Source: Macrostomum lignano (Eukaryota). Taken from it: 64,000 nt of DNA. Under the pieces are notes generated by a model that saw only the letters and a program-made list of their open reading frames with translations, had not been told where the DNA came from and searched no databases. The stretch is from positions 117,413 to 181,412 of the forward strand of contig NIVC01002043.1 of NCBI GenBank assembly GCA_002269645.1, written 5' to 3'. The position numbers and the translations under genes are program-made. Below, piece after piece: positions 49,401 through 62,228 of the stretch. Position 1 is the first letter of the stretch; the number at the start of each line of letters is the position of its first letter.

Positions 49401-52400
49401 CCTTATGACCCAGATCCTTATGACCCAGATCGTTATGACCCAGATCCTTATGATCCAGATCCTTATGACCCAGATCCTTATCATCCAGATCCTTATGACC
49501 CAGATCCTTATCATCCAGATCCTTATGACCCAGATCCTTATCATCCAGATCCTTATGACCTAGATTCAAATGACCTAGATTCTTATGACCCAGATCCTTA
49601 TGACCCAGATCCTTATGACCCAGATCCTTATGACCCAGATCGTTATGACCCAGATCCTTATGATCCAGATCCTTATGACTCAGATCCTTATCATCCAGAT
49701 CCTTATGACCCAGATCCTTATCATCCAGATCCTTGTGACCTAGATTCAAATGACCTAGATTCTTATGACCCAGATCCTTATGACCCAGATCCTTATAACC
49801 CAGATCCTTATGACCCAGATCCTTATGACCCAGATCCTTATGACCCAGATTCTTATGATCCAGATCCTTATGACCCAGATCCTTGTGACCCAGATCCTTA
49901 TCATCCAGATCTTTATGACCTAGATTCAAATGACCTAGATTCTTATGACCCAGATCCTTAGGACCCAGATCCTTATGACCCAGATTCTTATGACCCAGAT
50001 CCTTATGACTCAGATCCTTATCATCCAGATCCTTATGACCCAGATCCTTATCATCCAGATCCTTATGACCTAGATTCAAATGACCTAGATCCTTATGACC
50101 CAGATCCTTATGACCCAGATCCTTATGACCCAGATCCTTATGACCCAGATCCTTATGACCCAGATCCTTATGACCCAGATCCTTATGACCCAGATTCTTA
50201 TGACCCAGATCCTTATGACTCAGATCCTTATCATCCAGATCCTTATGACCCAGATCCTTATCATCCAGATCCTTATGACCTAGATTCAAATGACCTAGAT
50301 CCTTATGACCCAGATCCTTATGACCCAGATCCTTATGACCCAGATCCTTATGACCCAGATCCTTATGACCCAGATTCTTATGACCCAGATCCTTATGACC
50401 CAGATCCTTATCATCCAGATCCTTATGACCCAGATCCTTATCATCCAGATCCTTATGACCCAGATCCTTATCATCCAGATCCTTATGACCTAGATTCAAA
50501 TGACCTAGATTCTTATGACCCAGATCCTTATGACCCAGATCCTTATGACCCAGATCCTTATGACCCAGATCGTTATGACCCAGATCCTTATGATCCAGAT
50601 CCTTATGACTCAGATCCTTATCATCCAGATCCTTATGACCCAGATCCTTATCATCCAGATCCTTGTGACCTAGATTCAAATGACCTAGATTCTTATGACC
50701 CAGATCCTTATGACCCAGATCCTTATGACCCAGATCCTTATGACCCAGATCCTTATGACCCAGATCCTTATGACCCAGATTCTTATGATCCAGATCCTTA
50801 TGACCCAGATCCTTGTGACCCAGATCCTTATCATCCAGATCTTTATGACCTAGATTCAAATGACCTAGATTCTTATGACCCAGATCCTTAGGACCCAGAT
50901 CCTTATGACCCAGATTCTTATGACCCAGATCCTTATGACTCAGATCCTTATCATCCAGATCCTTATGACCCAGATCCTTATCATCCAGATCCTTATGACC
51001 TAGATTCAAATGACCTAGATCCTTATGACCCAGATCCTTATGACCCAGATCCTTATGACCCAGATCCTTATGACCCAGATCCTTATGACCCAGATCCTTA
51101 TGACCCAGATTCTTATGACCCAGATCCTTATGACCCAGATCCTTATCATCCAGATCCTTATGACCCAGATCCTTATCATCCAGATCCTTATGACCCAGAT
51201 CCTTATCATCCAGATCCTTATGACCCAGATCCTTATGACCCAGATCGTTATGACCCAGATCCTTATGATCCAGATCCTTATGACTCAGATCCTTATCATC
51301 CAGATCCTTATGACCCAGATCCTTATGATCCAGATCCTTATGACTCAGATCCTTATCATCCAGATCCTTATGACCCAGATCCTTATCATCCAGATCCTTG
51401 TGACCTAGATTCAAATGACCTAGATTCTTATGACCCAGATCCTTATGACCCAGATCCTTATGACCCAGATCCTTATGACCCAGATTCTTATGACCCAGAT
51501 CCTTATGACCCAGATCCTTATCATCCAGATCCTTATGACCCAGATCCTTATCATCCAGATCCTTATGACCTAGATTCAAATGACCTAGATTCTTATGACC
51601 CAGATCCTTATGACCCAGATCCTTATGACCCAGATCCTTATGACCCAGATCGTTATGACCCAGATCCTTATGATCCAGATCCTTATGACTCAGATCCTTA
51701 TCATCCAGATCCTTATGACCCAGATCCTTATCATCCAGATCCTTGTGACCTAGATTCAAATGACCTAGATTCTTATGACCCAGATCCTTATGACCCAGAT
51801 CCTTATGACCCAGATCCTTATGACCCAGATCCTTATGACCCAGATCCTTATGACCCAGATCCTTATGATCCAGATCCTTATGACCCAGATCCTTGTGACC
51901 CAGATCCTTATCATCCAGATCTTTATGACCTAGATTCAAATGACCTAGATTCTTATGACCCAGATCCTTATGACCCAGATCCTTATGACCCAAATGCAAA
52001 ACTCGTAATGCACTGTAAGCCTCTCACCGCCCGCTGAGCCGTGGCGATTCTGATCCCGGTGGGAAACAGGGAGAAAACCTTCTCCTTGCAGATGGAGACG
52101 ACGTCAGAGAATTTTAGTTTCACCTGATATCGTAATTGTGAATCAGTTTGCACTTTTGTCAGCAATCAATCATGTGTGGATGCCAAGGTAATGGTTCTGC
52201 AGCAAAACTTACCTCCGGGGTGAGGCTGGGCAGTGCCGGCCAGAAGCAGATGTGCCGGCGAGTGATCACGATGGTGCCGCGTGCGGGCACGTCCGATACG
52301 CAAAATGCGGGCATGGCTTCAAGTTTGGGGTGGTGGGGTGGAGATTTTTATCCTCATATACTTGCCGAAATCTGCTTTTTCTGATCATTCAATTATCGAT

Positions 52401-53097
52401 CATATGATTTCATTTCTTCTTCCACATTACTTCTATCCTAATCCTCCAAAGACTTCTATCCTAATCCTCCAAAGACTTCTATCCTAATCCTCCAAAGACT
52501 TCTATCCTAATCCTCCAAAGCTGGACTTCTAATCTAATCCTCCAAGGACTTCTAACCTAATCCTCCAAAGATTTCTATCCTAATCCTCCAAGGACTTTTA
52601 TCCTAATCCGGCAAGGACTTCTAACCTAATCCTCCAAAGATTTCTATCCTAATCCTCCAATGACTTCTATCTTAATCCTCCAAAGACTTCTATCCTAATC
52701 CTCCAAGCTGGACTTCTAACCTAATCCTCCAATGACTTCTATCCTAATCCTCCAAGGACTTCTAACCTAATCCTCCAATGACTTCTATCCTAATCCTCCA
52801 AGCTGGACTTCTAACCTAATCCTCCAAGGACTTCTAACCTAATCCTCAAAGGACTTCTATCCTAATCCTTCAAGGACTTCTATCCTAATCCTCCAAGGAC
52901 TTCTATCCTAATCCTCCAAGGACTTCTAACCTAATCCTAATTGTCTCACTTGTCACAATGCTGTCCCTGTGCGACAGTCGCAGCCTTCTAGCCAGCTTGT
53001 TCAGCTTCTGACTGATGCTTCTTCGTCGAGTCCCAGAGGCGGCGGCGACCGGCTGCGCCTTTTCTATCGTTTGCGGATCCTGTTGTGACCGACGCAT
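43453..53097 (-). CDS. GRAM-domain protein with acidic linker, C-terminal TM helix and short coiled coil (GRAMD2/3-like architecture), 372 aa; exons 53097-52950, 52316-52213, 52123-52028, 48915-48796, 45853-45408, 43657-43453
   Basis: GRAM-like text RGTIVITRRHICFW..VKLKFSDVVSICKEKVFSLFPTGIRIAT..VTFSNIGSRDRLLQQLQSAW; hydrophobic LTWVSAGAVVSLML|IY. All five introns GT-AG with matching phases; total 1119 nt. Confidence 0.85.
43709..44254 (+). mobile_element. CCC...GGG MITE (CACTA/CMC-like), long copy, in GRAM gene intron 5
   Basis: CCCGATGAAAAC ... GTTTTCGACGGG; homologous to 25865-26289; flanks CAG/CCC give no TSD. Confidence 0.75.
44505..45335. repeat. 32-bp minisatellite GGATATCCTGGAGGGACAGTGGCTTTGGTCCT in GRAM gene intron 5
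   Basis: About 26 copies. Confidence 0.97.
45537..45602 (-). mobile_element. 66-bp 3' tail of the non-LTR family inserted in GRAM gene exon 5
   Basis: About 90% identical by eye to 16221-16295; 15-bp TSD TCCATAGCTGGCTGA at 45522-45536 and 45603-45617. Confidence 0.92.
45975..47128. repeat. 28-bp minisatellite GAGCCTTGACATATCAGCAATCCCCCAT in GRAM gene intron 4
   Basis: About 37 identical copies plus degenerate leading copies. Confidence 0.98.
47560..48763. repeat. 23-bp minisatellite TCTGAGCTACAGTCTAGCCTCAA in GRAM gene intron 4
   Basis: About 52 almost identical copies. Confidence 0.98.
49025..51992. repeat. 15-bp minisatellite CAGATCCTTATGACC with higher-order variant pattern, GRAM gene intron 3
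   Basis: About 198 units with no indels seen. Confidence 0.98.
52427..52938. repeat. 23-bp minisatellite TTCTATCCTAATCCTCCAAGGAC in GRAM gene intron 1
   Basis: About 22 copies. Confidence 0.95.
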
Positions 53098-53275
53098 TGC
53101 TGCTGCTGTGTATATTGTTCTGAGAGGGGTTGGTCAGTGGCTTGCTTCAATTTATAGACTGCAAAGATAGCCTTGCAAACCAGTATTACTCATGGTGAGA
53201 ACGGGGAGTGCGATGCGTGCAAACATGAGTTGATGCATGCGTACACTGTGTGAGCTATGTATATGAACTCTGTGT

Positions 53276-53276
<1 letters not shown>

Positions 53277-53321
<45 letters not shown>
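53277..53321. repeat. (CT)n microsatellite
   Basis: Direct reading. Confidence 0.95.
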
Positions 53322-53326
<5 letters not shown>

Positions 53327-53769
53327 AATTGGCCTCCATATACCCTATGAAGTGGGGGCGGGGCCCCATTCGCGACCCTTTTTTTTGGGGGGGCTCGTTT
53401 TCTGGTTCATAGGCGGCCCTCTGCGCAATTCAATTGAAATATTGAGAAGAAACAGGCTATAACTTGTGAGTTCTGTTTGACTTTATACTGTGGAACTATT
53501 CTGGATGTGCAGCGAAGGCACAGCTCATTCCTGTTGCGTCATTCTCTCATTGACGAGCATGATCTAGATCGTACTCACCACTAAGCTGCATGAATTTATC
53601 TGCATGAATACACCAGTGAGTCTCATGCAAGTATAAATGCATTTTACATAAGCAACTATTTGCGTTTGCATGCGTGGGTGACGCAATTATTTGTTTAAAT
53701 AACCAGGGGCTCGGAGCTAATGCATATTGGTATGCGCACTGACTCGGCAGCTCAAGCATCATTTAGCTA

Positions 53770-54320
53770 CTCCTCAGCAACCGATAACTATAATATACTC
53801 GCAACAGATGACTGTATACTCAGCAACAGATAACAGTATACTCAGCAACAGATAACAGTATACTCAGCAACAGATAACAGTATACTCAGCAACAGATAAC
53901 AGTATACTCAGCATCAGATAACAGTATACTCAGCATCAGATAACAGTATACTCAGCAACAGATAACAGTATACTCAGCATCAGATAACAGTATACTCAGC
54001 AACAGATAACAGTATACTCAGCAACAGATAACAGTATACTCAGCATCAGATAACAGTATACTCAGCATCAGATAACAGTATACTCAGCAACAGATAACAG
54101 TATACTCAGCATCAGATAACAGTATACTCAGCAACAGATAACAGTATACTCAGCAACAGATAACAGTATACTCAGCAACAGATAACTATGCTCAGCAACA
54201 GATAACAGTATACTCAGCAACAGATAACAGTATACTCAGCAACAGATAACAGTATACTCAGCAACAGATAACTATGCTCAGCAACAGATAACAGTATACT
54301 CAGCAACCGATAACTATGCT
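53770..54320. repeat. 22-bp minisatellite CAGCAACAGATAACAGTATACT
   Basis: About 24 copies. Confidence 0.96.
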
Positions 54321-55392
54321 CAGCCAGTTGCCCCCATGCAGAATAGCTTTAGCGTCCACTCAATTGAAGTGGCGCCGCCTCTACCCCCAATTCCCCACAG
54401 ACGCGGCTCCAATGAAAGATCTTGTTGGCCACACCTCAGATGTCATGACCAGTGACCAGTTCCTCACACGTTATACTGAATCACCACCAAGGTATAAGCT
54501 AGTGCGTACTACTCGTGCTGTTTGGTCATTATTTCAGTCCGTGAACTAAGCAACGTCATTGTAGCAATGACACACGGTCATTGTCCATGACCTTTTTGCC
54601 CGGCGGGAACTAAACCATTCTCTTTAATACCATACTCGTAGACTACATTTAGTTAATTAGTTAACAAAAGTAAAAGTCAAAACATTAACTGCCCGCAAAA
54701 TTGCTGATTCAGTAAGCTTCGTTTTCATCAAATGAAAGTGTCGATGGTTGAAATTAGGTGCTTCGCCCAAAGATCATATACACGTACACAGGATGGCCCA
54801 CTCATTAACCATGCACTTATGTGGCCATAGAAGACAATATAAAAATTTTCGCAACTCGCGACAGCGCGAAAATCATAACTACTGAACTCAATTTCATATA
54901 TCTTGCATATATCTTTTTTAGTTTGCTTGAATAGCTTTTTATTTAATTTCTTGAAAAGTTCTATCACATTCTCAATATTTAGCGTTTATGTCCCTAAGCT
55001 ACTCGTACTAAACAAACAATTTAAGCAACCCATGTCGAGCTTTTTCGCACAACTGACGAAAAACAGCGGTCGCTCTTTCCGTTTTTGCTGCAATATACTC
55101 GTATTAATATAGACTGGCTGTTGAGGACGCGCCGAGGCTTTTCAGTTCATTTCAGCCCGAACAGCCAGTCCATATTAGTGTTTTGGGTTAGGCTGAAGTG
55201 CGGACGCACAAGTGGTTTCACGTCCACAGAAACTATCTATGGTTGAAAAAGCTTTAGCTATATGCTTCGTGGCGGTTTCGCAGTCCGCGGAGACTGTCTA
55301 TGGTTGAAACCCAAATAGAGTTTGAAGCATTCTTCTCTTGGTGGGTGGGAGAGAAAATAAGATTTAAACAGCTTTAAGGTTCGGAATTAGCC

Positions 55393-55923
55393 ATGTTTCA
55401 CTGGGAATCAATACTAGAGGAAGATATTAGCGGTTTAGAAATGAATGAGATTGAGTTTCTGCAGCAACTTGGACATCGTGATCCTGGTGAAGAAGTTAGT
55501 CAGTGGACCGGTGTGACCGTAAGACAGCAGGAGTTGATTGACGCAGAAATGTCCAATCCAAGCATTCTGAATAATGCCGAGCTTCTGCGGGAACTGACGG
55601 AAGAAGAGGAAGCTGCTGTGCAAGACGTCGAAGAGGCTGCAAAACGCAAATCGACCACGGATCAAACCGCTCTCCATGTGAAACGCTTCAAAAAATATCT
55701 GGTGGAACAGAAACTGCCGGACAACATCAAAACAATGCCGATCCGCTATCTTTGTGCCTATATGCGGCTGTGGTTTGTGTCACTGAGGACTCAGGAAGGC
55801 AAGCCATACGCTGTCCGAAGTCTGGTGTGCTTCAGGGCGTCTATTCATCGGTACGTGCTGGAGACAAGGAACGTGCGAATTGAGGTAACTATTGATGAAC
55901 TCTCCAGCCACATATCATTTTGA
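55393..55923 (+). mobile_element. Crypton-like ORF (N-terminal core-binding domain of the tyrosine-recombinase / ZMYM-KCTD1-QRICH1 type), catalytic part missing
   Basis: KSTTDQTALHVKRFKKYL..YMRLWFVSLRTQEGKPYAVRSLVCFRASIHRYVL fits the T..T.W....F..F....R..DG..Y...SL...A..RYL pattern; flanked by 16-bp inverted repeats at 55293-55308 and 56049-56064. Confidence 0.7.
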
Positions 55924-58900
55924 GCTTCCAAGCGTTATTTACTGAATTATTTCGTTTACTTTCATTCCTGTTGTGTTTGGTCTTGTGTTTGTTGGCAGTG
56001 AAATATACAGTGGCTATAAGTGATGAATTGAATATAATTGAAATATGCTTCAACCATAGACAGTGACGGCGGACAAATGTAGAGCGTTTCAATCGCGTTT
56101 CAACCCAGGCAGCCTACCCATAATACCCATTCTTTTACGAGCGTACAATATAAATGGCAAATCCTCCTGCGCCCTTAAAGACAATATACAGCTAAAATTG
56201 CTAGCTAGGGGTGCTATTGATTTGGAACATAGACTACAATAGCTTGAGTGGCCTGCGTATAGTAGTGTCTGTCTATTTGTTACTCGCACTTCTCAGTGGT
56301 CCCACCAGGCGCCTGTCTTTGTCTAGCCGTTACAGTCATCACTGTACAGTTATCACTGGCTAATGCACGCGCAAGTCCGATGCACTAATCCTGTCTGCAT
56401 CGACCCCGCACCCCCCAAAAAGCATAGGCCTACCGGATTGTATTTCCCCAAGCTAAGAAGCAGAGAAATAAATAAAGCACCCGGGCCTGGCGCTCTGCAA
56501 GAAGCTGAGAACCAAGATCGAGCATTTCATTTTGAGCTAGACTCCACAGCCTGATATGATTTAGACTACTCGTAGATAAAAAATTGTCAGATTAACTGAA
56601 TGCGTGAGCTAGCTTGAATCTAAAATATCAAAGATGCAAGTGTGATTCTACAGGGAGCTAGTACTCGTATTACTACACTATAATTTACGCGCCGAATTTA
56701 GCACATTTTTATTCATATTATAAATACACAACAGCTATTATCTAGAGCTGTATCTAGCACAGTTCTGAGTACAGTATCCAGAGTCCGCTCTAGACGCGTT
56801 TAGAATCCAGTGCAAATAAAATAGAATATAGCAATTCAAATTTTAAAATAATAGGTTAAAACTCTTTTAAACCAGTTATTAAAAAATTACTCTAATAGTA
56901 CACAAACAGTGAGACAAGTTTTGTTTTAGTGGTCAAATCTTAGTAATATTATAAATTCGTAAGTTACTAGGAAAAAACGAAGCGACGAGCGTACAAATAT
57001 GAACTTTAGTTTTAATTATCGCGCTGCATTGTGAACCCCACAGTCACTTTTCTTCAACACGTAAGTTTGCTAATTTTAGCACATTAATAATTATATGTTC
57101 AGTAATAGTAGTACGTTTATTTACTCACTAAATAGCTATAAGAACGTAGAAAAACTATATGGCAATATAATAATTTCTTTGAGACCAGAAGTCATAATTC
57201 ACTATTCACAAGTCGTCAAAAGTGTGCGAGTAAAATGAAAAAAAAATGTAACTTCTGCATCGATTAAATTATCCTCACATTACTCCGCAAATCTGGGCAT
57301 ATTTCAGTTTCGTCTTTATGTTCATAATACTGCTATTTAATTTTGCTGATTTATATTATAATATAGCTGTCATATGATACAAGTCTTTATTGGATATAAT
57401 GAGTAGTAATATCTTAAGCTAACTTAAGATACTATCTTATATGATACAGAAGTCATTAAATTAATTGATATAACTTATAACTATGATATTAAAATAGATG
57501 TATACATATTCAATTTAAACTACACTGGATTAAGGTGAAAATTATAGCCAAAATAATAAGATAATGAATATTGCTATTTGCTACAATATTAGTAATGAAT
57601 GTAACCATATTTAATCCTGTTGTAGTAATGTTTGATTTTTTTGTGGATTTTTAAATTAATATAAAGTGGCAGCAGTGTCAATTTTTATTATGTATACCAT
57701 AATCTTTTTTAGTGACATCTAACCATATTATTTTTATATTCAAATCTTGATGAAACTTTGACATAGAATTATTTAGTCTAATATATATTACTTTAACTAT
57801 TTGAAATCCACGCAGCCAGTTATATCTTTTTATAAAGTTTTTAAACTGCATTAAGTAGCATAAAAAGAGGATATTTTCCTTTATTCTCAAGATTGAACTC
57901 ATAATCAATGAATCATTTTTATTAATCTAACGAGTTTTCATCTAGAGACTATAAGATTAATAAATACATACTTTTTCAGCTTTTTATTGGGATATTTTTC
58001 AGTTCTACTTATAGTAGCATTTGGCTGCAAAAAATTTCAACTGTAAGGAACTAGATTTTTTCATTTCTAAGCTGAATTTCATTTTACGAGTCAGAAAATT
58101 TGTTTGACACTTGGCTGAAACAGATAATTAGTAAAGATGGGACTTAAACTTGTGGTTAATTTATGCAAATTCTATAGACTTCAAAATAGTCTGGCATTGG
58201 CCATGTAGTCCCTGGAATGGGGCGATTCTTGACGAGAATGGGGCGATTCTCACAGGGAATTGGGAAGCGAAGCCTTAAGATTTTTTGCCATGATTTTGCT
58301 TTCTTCGGGTCTCGGTTTGTTTTAGTTACTGGACAGTTTTCTAAACATTTTGTTATTCAAAAACTCCCATGCAAGTATTATACCATAAAATATTTTGTTT
58401 ACCGGTATTATGAATCGCCAGCAATTATTTTATACCAGGAGTTCATCAGGACTTTTGAATTTTGAATTTTCTACTTAGATTCTATATAGGAATTAAATTA
58501 TCCGAAAAATTCTCAAGTCAGTGCAAATTCGGTCAAGCTATAATTGTAAAAGCAGGCAGTAAGCTCCAAATGCTTGGATTGCTTTCTCACTCTTTGCCTT
58601 CGTGACCTCTTTAAACCCTATAAAACACGACGGCTTGTATGTAGCTTGGGTCATAAATTAAATATGGCTCACATGGGCTTTCTGTATACCGCCTATAGTT
58701 TTTTATTCGCTTTTATTCAAAATTTAAGCCTGCAATTGCACCCGGCTGAGAGTTACCTGTGCGCAAATGCTGAGGTTGCGAATGGCATTGATTAATTGGT
58801 ATTAAGCCAGCCGCCCCTCGAAGAGAATAAAAAGAATTCTGGGTGCAGAGAGGCTGACAAAACCCGCCTTTATATAGGCATTAGCTAGCTACTGTTTCGC

Positions 58901-59782
58901 TTGGAGCTCATGCTCATACAGAATTGCGGGAGAGGCGGTCACTTGTCGCGCACCCCCTGCGTGAGTCAGCAGTCTAAGTGTTTAATAATTACAGACAGTG
59001 AACTGAGCTGAAATATTTTTTCGTCTTAAGTTTCCCGCTAGCTACCTGAAGTTAAGTTTTTTTTCAACAGGAGGCCCGGCGTTACGAAGAAGCAGCATTT
59101 TTAAGGGCGTCATTTCGCTTTTGTTTCGGTAAAACCCAACCGCTCCACAGTTCTGTGAGAGTTGGCTATAAGCAGCCATCCCTCCTCCATTTTGAGCCGG
59201 TTCGTTTCGGCTTTAGATGCTCTCAACTCTATACTTGTAATATAGAGTGCACACAGGCTAGCCAATTCTTTCTTTTTAGAACACCTACCCGAGGCCATGC
59301 CTTCCAAATAGCATTTGTGCTTAGCTATAATAGTGCAGTCGCTATTAAGAGAACAGTTTATGAAGATTCTGCCAGGTTAATATATCTTTGCACTGAATTC
59401 GAGAGACATATAGAGAAAAAACGCTAGCGGTGGCTTGATCAACGCTCGAATTCAGGTGAGTAACTTTTCACCATGGCTTGCAGACCTTTTGCGAACACAC
59501 TTGAAAGTTTAGTAGGTACTGTCAGGGCGCCTTTGAAAGTTCAGCTTAAAACGGGTGTAAAAGGCTCGGATCTATTTGTCTTCTTACGGCCTGTGGAAAG
59601 GTCAGGTAGTCGGGACAAGCCTAAAAAAGTGGTAATAAAATTCCCTATAGTAGCCGGCAGCGTTGTTAATGACACTAGCGTTATTATTGTAAACTCCTGA
59701 TTTTAAGGATAGAAGGATATAAGTACAAAAAGTACTCGACGATTATTCCAAGCAGTATAGTGTCCAAATTTAACAGTCTCGG

Positions 59783-60747
59783 CTAATGACTTGCACAATG
59801 CCAAGTCACTAGCACTGCCAGTAAACAGACCAAGCTGAGGGTTAATTGCGTCAGTAATCTACCGCCGGCATTGCACACGTCGCCCCTGCAGAAGCACATG
59901 AATCCTTGGCCGCTGCGCGACTCGTAAATGCACACAGACGCTGTCTGGACGAAGCGCAGGTCTAGGCTTGTTGAGCAAGTGCGCATTATGCTGCTTGGTC
60001 CGCCTTTGAACGAGTGGTTGGAATTAAAAATTAATAAAGTGGTTCTTGCAGATAGAGATAATATCAGTGAAAGCATACGAGTACAGCACCTTAATTGTTT
60101 TGCAAAATGTCTTAAGTCATGCGATGCGATCATTTAAGGCAGGGATCAGATAGAGAACCCAGCGCATGACTGAGAACCAGATAAGGGGGAGAGAAGAGAG
60201 CTATGAGAAATGACAGGCGAAGGAAGAGAAGAGATACTCTTAGAAGAGCAGAAAGAGAGAGGAGAGGAGAAAAGAGAGGGGAGAGAAGGAACAGAAGATG
60301 AGAGAAGAAAGCTGAAAAGAGACACAAGCCTTGAGCGGACCGGATTGCTATTGTGAAGTTTCAAAGAACCCGAGGGCTGGATAGAGAGGCTTCGCAGGCC
60401 CCATGTTGCCCGCGGGCCGGAGTTCGCCGACCCTTGTTTTAACGCCAAAATATTCCACGAAACTTAGTGAAGATTAAAACAAAATGGTATAATTAGCTAA
60501 CATTAAGCTAACTCGTATATTGAAGATCAAACGAGCTCTTTCTCAGTACCCTTGACTGTACCTGTATCTGAAATCTTGATCCATTTGACACAGAGTCCAT
60601 CGCATGGCACAATGCTCAAGTTTGCGGGCCTTTTGTGCAGTGGCCGCTTCAGCTCTTTGTGCAGCTTGGGATCGAATGGATCGCTGCACTTGCTCCGGGC
60701 TGGGTCGCTGGGCTCTGTGCTGCACTGGAGGCAGCTGATGCCTTTCT
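59783..60747 (-). CDS. Ly6/uPAR three-finger (quiver/sleepless-like) GPI-type protein; exons 60747-60562 and 60003-59783; signal-peptide exon probably near 61027-60945 but unresolved
   Basis: ISCLQC..KC..PCDGLCVK..DT|GGPSSIMRTC..VC..MCFCRGDVCN, 10 Cys, hydrophobic C-tail; phase-1 intron 60561-60004. Confidence 0.85.
60140..60436 (-). mobile_element. hAT-type MITE, same family as 24007-24152, in the Ly6 gene intron
   Basis: Reverse complement shares AAGCCTCTCTATCCAGCCCTCGGG..TTTGAAACTTCACAATAGCAATC; flanks ATTTAAGG / TTTTAACG (6/8, decayed TSD). Confidence 0.82.
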
Positions 60748-62228
60748 CTGTGTGCGTGCGGTGTCGAGTTAGAAAACAGTTTATTTGAAATACTTTACCT
60801 AGTTAGGGACAGGGAGCACACTGGCGCGACGTCTTTGGCGACATCGCTACACAACCCTACAGTGACTCTTGAGGGCTGAATAGGCGCGCATGACATTAGC
60901 GCGGATGTTTGCGTGTTTTTTACAATATTTGGCATAGGCGCTCACAAGCAGAAGCGCGCAAACGTGGCAGTGACACAAGCGCACAGACAATTGAGGGCCT
61001 CTTCGGTTGCCCGCGACTAGCTCCATTATCAAACTGTTCAGATTAGTGACATTGGAATAAGAGTAGCGGGCATAATGCACAAACAGCCATACACAATTCC
61101 GATCTTCGTGGTTGTAGGCATTCATCGTAGATTTAGGACCATAAAAGATGTACATCGCCTGACTGACTAGCGCCCCTCTAATCTAGCCTTATATAGTCGT
61201 AGTCCATAAAACTTCCACGCCATAAACCACCCGAGCTCAAGTTGCATTCAGATTCAGGCACGCACTCATACACACGCTCACACAGTGTCCCCCCGGGTCA
61301 ATCAAACGAGTGGCTGGTGCTCACTTTGACACGACTCTTCCGGATCAGACGCGCTGACTATGACCGACTGTAGAAGCGTGTGACACGCAACTGGAATCAG
61401 ATGTTTTGATTAGATGCCACTTGTGTACATCAGAGTTCATGTTGGGCTTTATCATTCTCAAAGTTAAACAAAAACTATGCGTTGCTTACCGGCAATAAAA
61501 AGCTTTGTTGCTATAGCAACGTAGCTGGCCATATTGGCTTGCATGAAAGCGCCGCAGGTTCAACTAGGAAAAACACTATAAACACTTTACCGATGGGACA
61601 GGAGATTAACGTCGACTAATCTTTTTATTTTCTTACTTCTTGCGTAGCCTTTGAACCGGTTTGCAGCGCCCCGTTGCTGGCTGCAGGTACTAGCTATCCT
61701 CCGTCTGCCAGAGGCGCCTGCACCGCATGGGTCCGGCATTTATGGGCAAAGGTGCAGAAGTCTGTGAATGGATTCAGACGCAATCGCCGTTGGAAAGGAT
61801 TTTCTCGGAAGAAGTTGGGGATAGAAAGGAGGCAGGATTTGCTTTTGCCGCTAGCAAACCAAACAGGCACGGAGAGTGAGGGAAGAATCAATGGGTTGGA
61901 GTTGAGAAAATGGTCGAGTGAAGGATGCAGCGTTGATGTCTGGCACCGACCATGTCTGTCTCGCCACCATAGAAGCCTTGGTACCCCATCCTTTATATTT
62001 TTCTGTGTATATCTTCCCTCTCATCCCAATATATTTGGCTTCTCGAACTTCTGCAGGCTATTGATGAGTGATATTGACAAGGGAAAAAGGGAAAATTCAG
62101 TCCTGTTTGGTACTGTGGTCGGTAGGAATTCAATCATAGGCTTTAGCTTGATTAAATCCTTGAATTTTTGTCAATTTTGCAGCTATGCCCGCCTTTGCCA
62201 GACCGAATTTAGGCTGTCGAAAGCTCCG

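Noticed and set aside
48985-51999. 1004-aa HKDLG-repeat ORF as a real gene
   Set aside because: Lies wholly in GRAM intron 3, has no ATG start or usable splice sites, and the retained-intron frame stops at 51983. A 15-bp unit gives an open frame trivially.
61674-62228. 185-aa N-terminal extension of the Ly6 ORF in the ORF track
   Set aside because: Non-ATG start, no protein-like features, and a signal peptide begins at ATG 62229.
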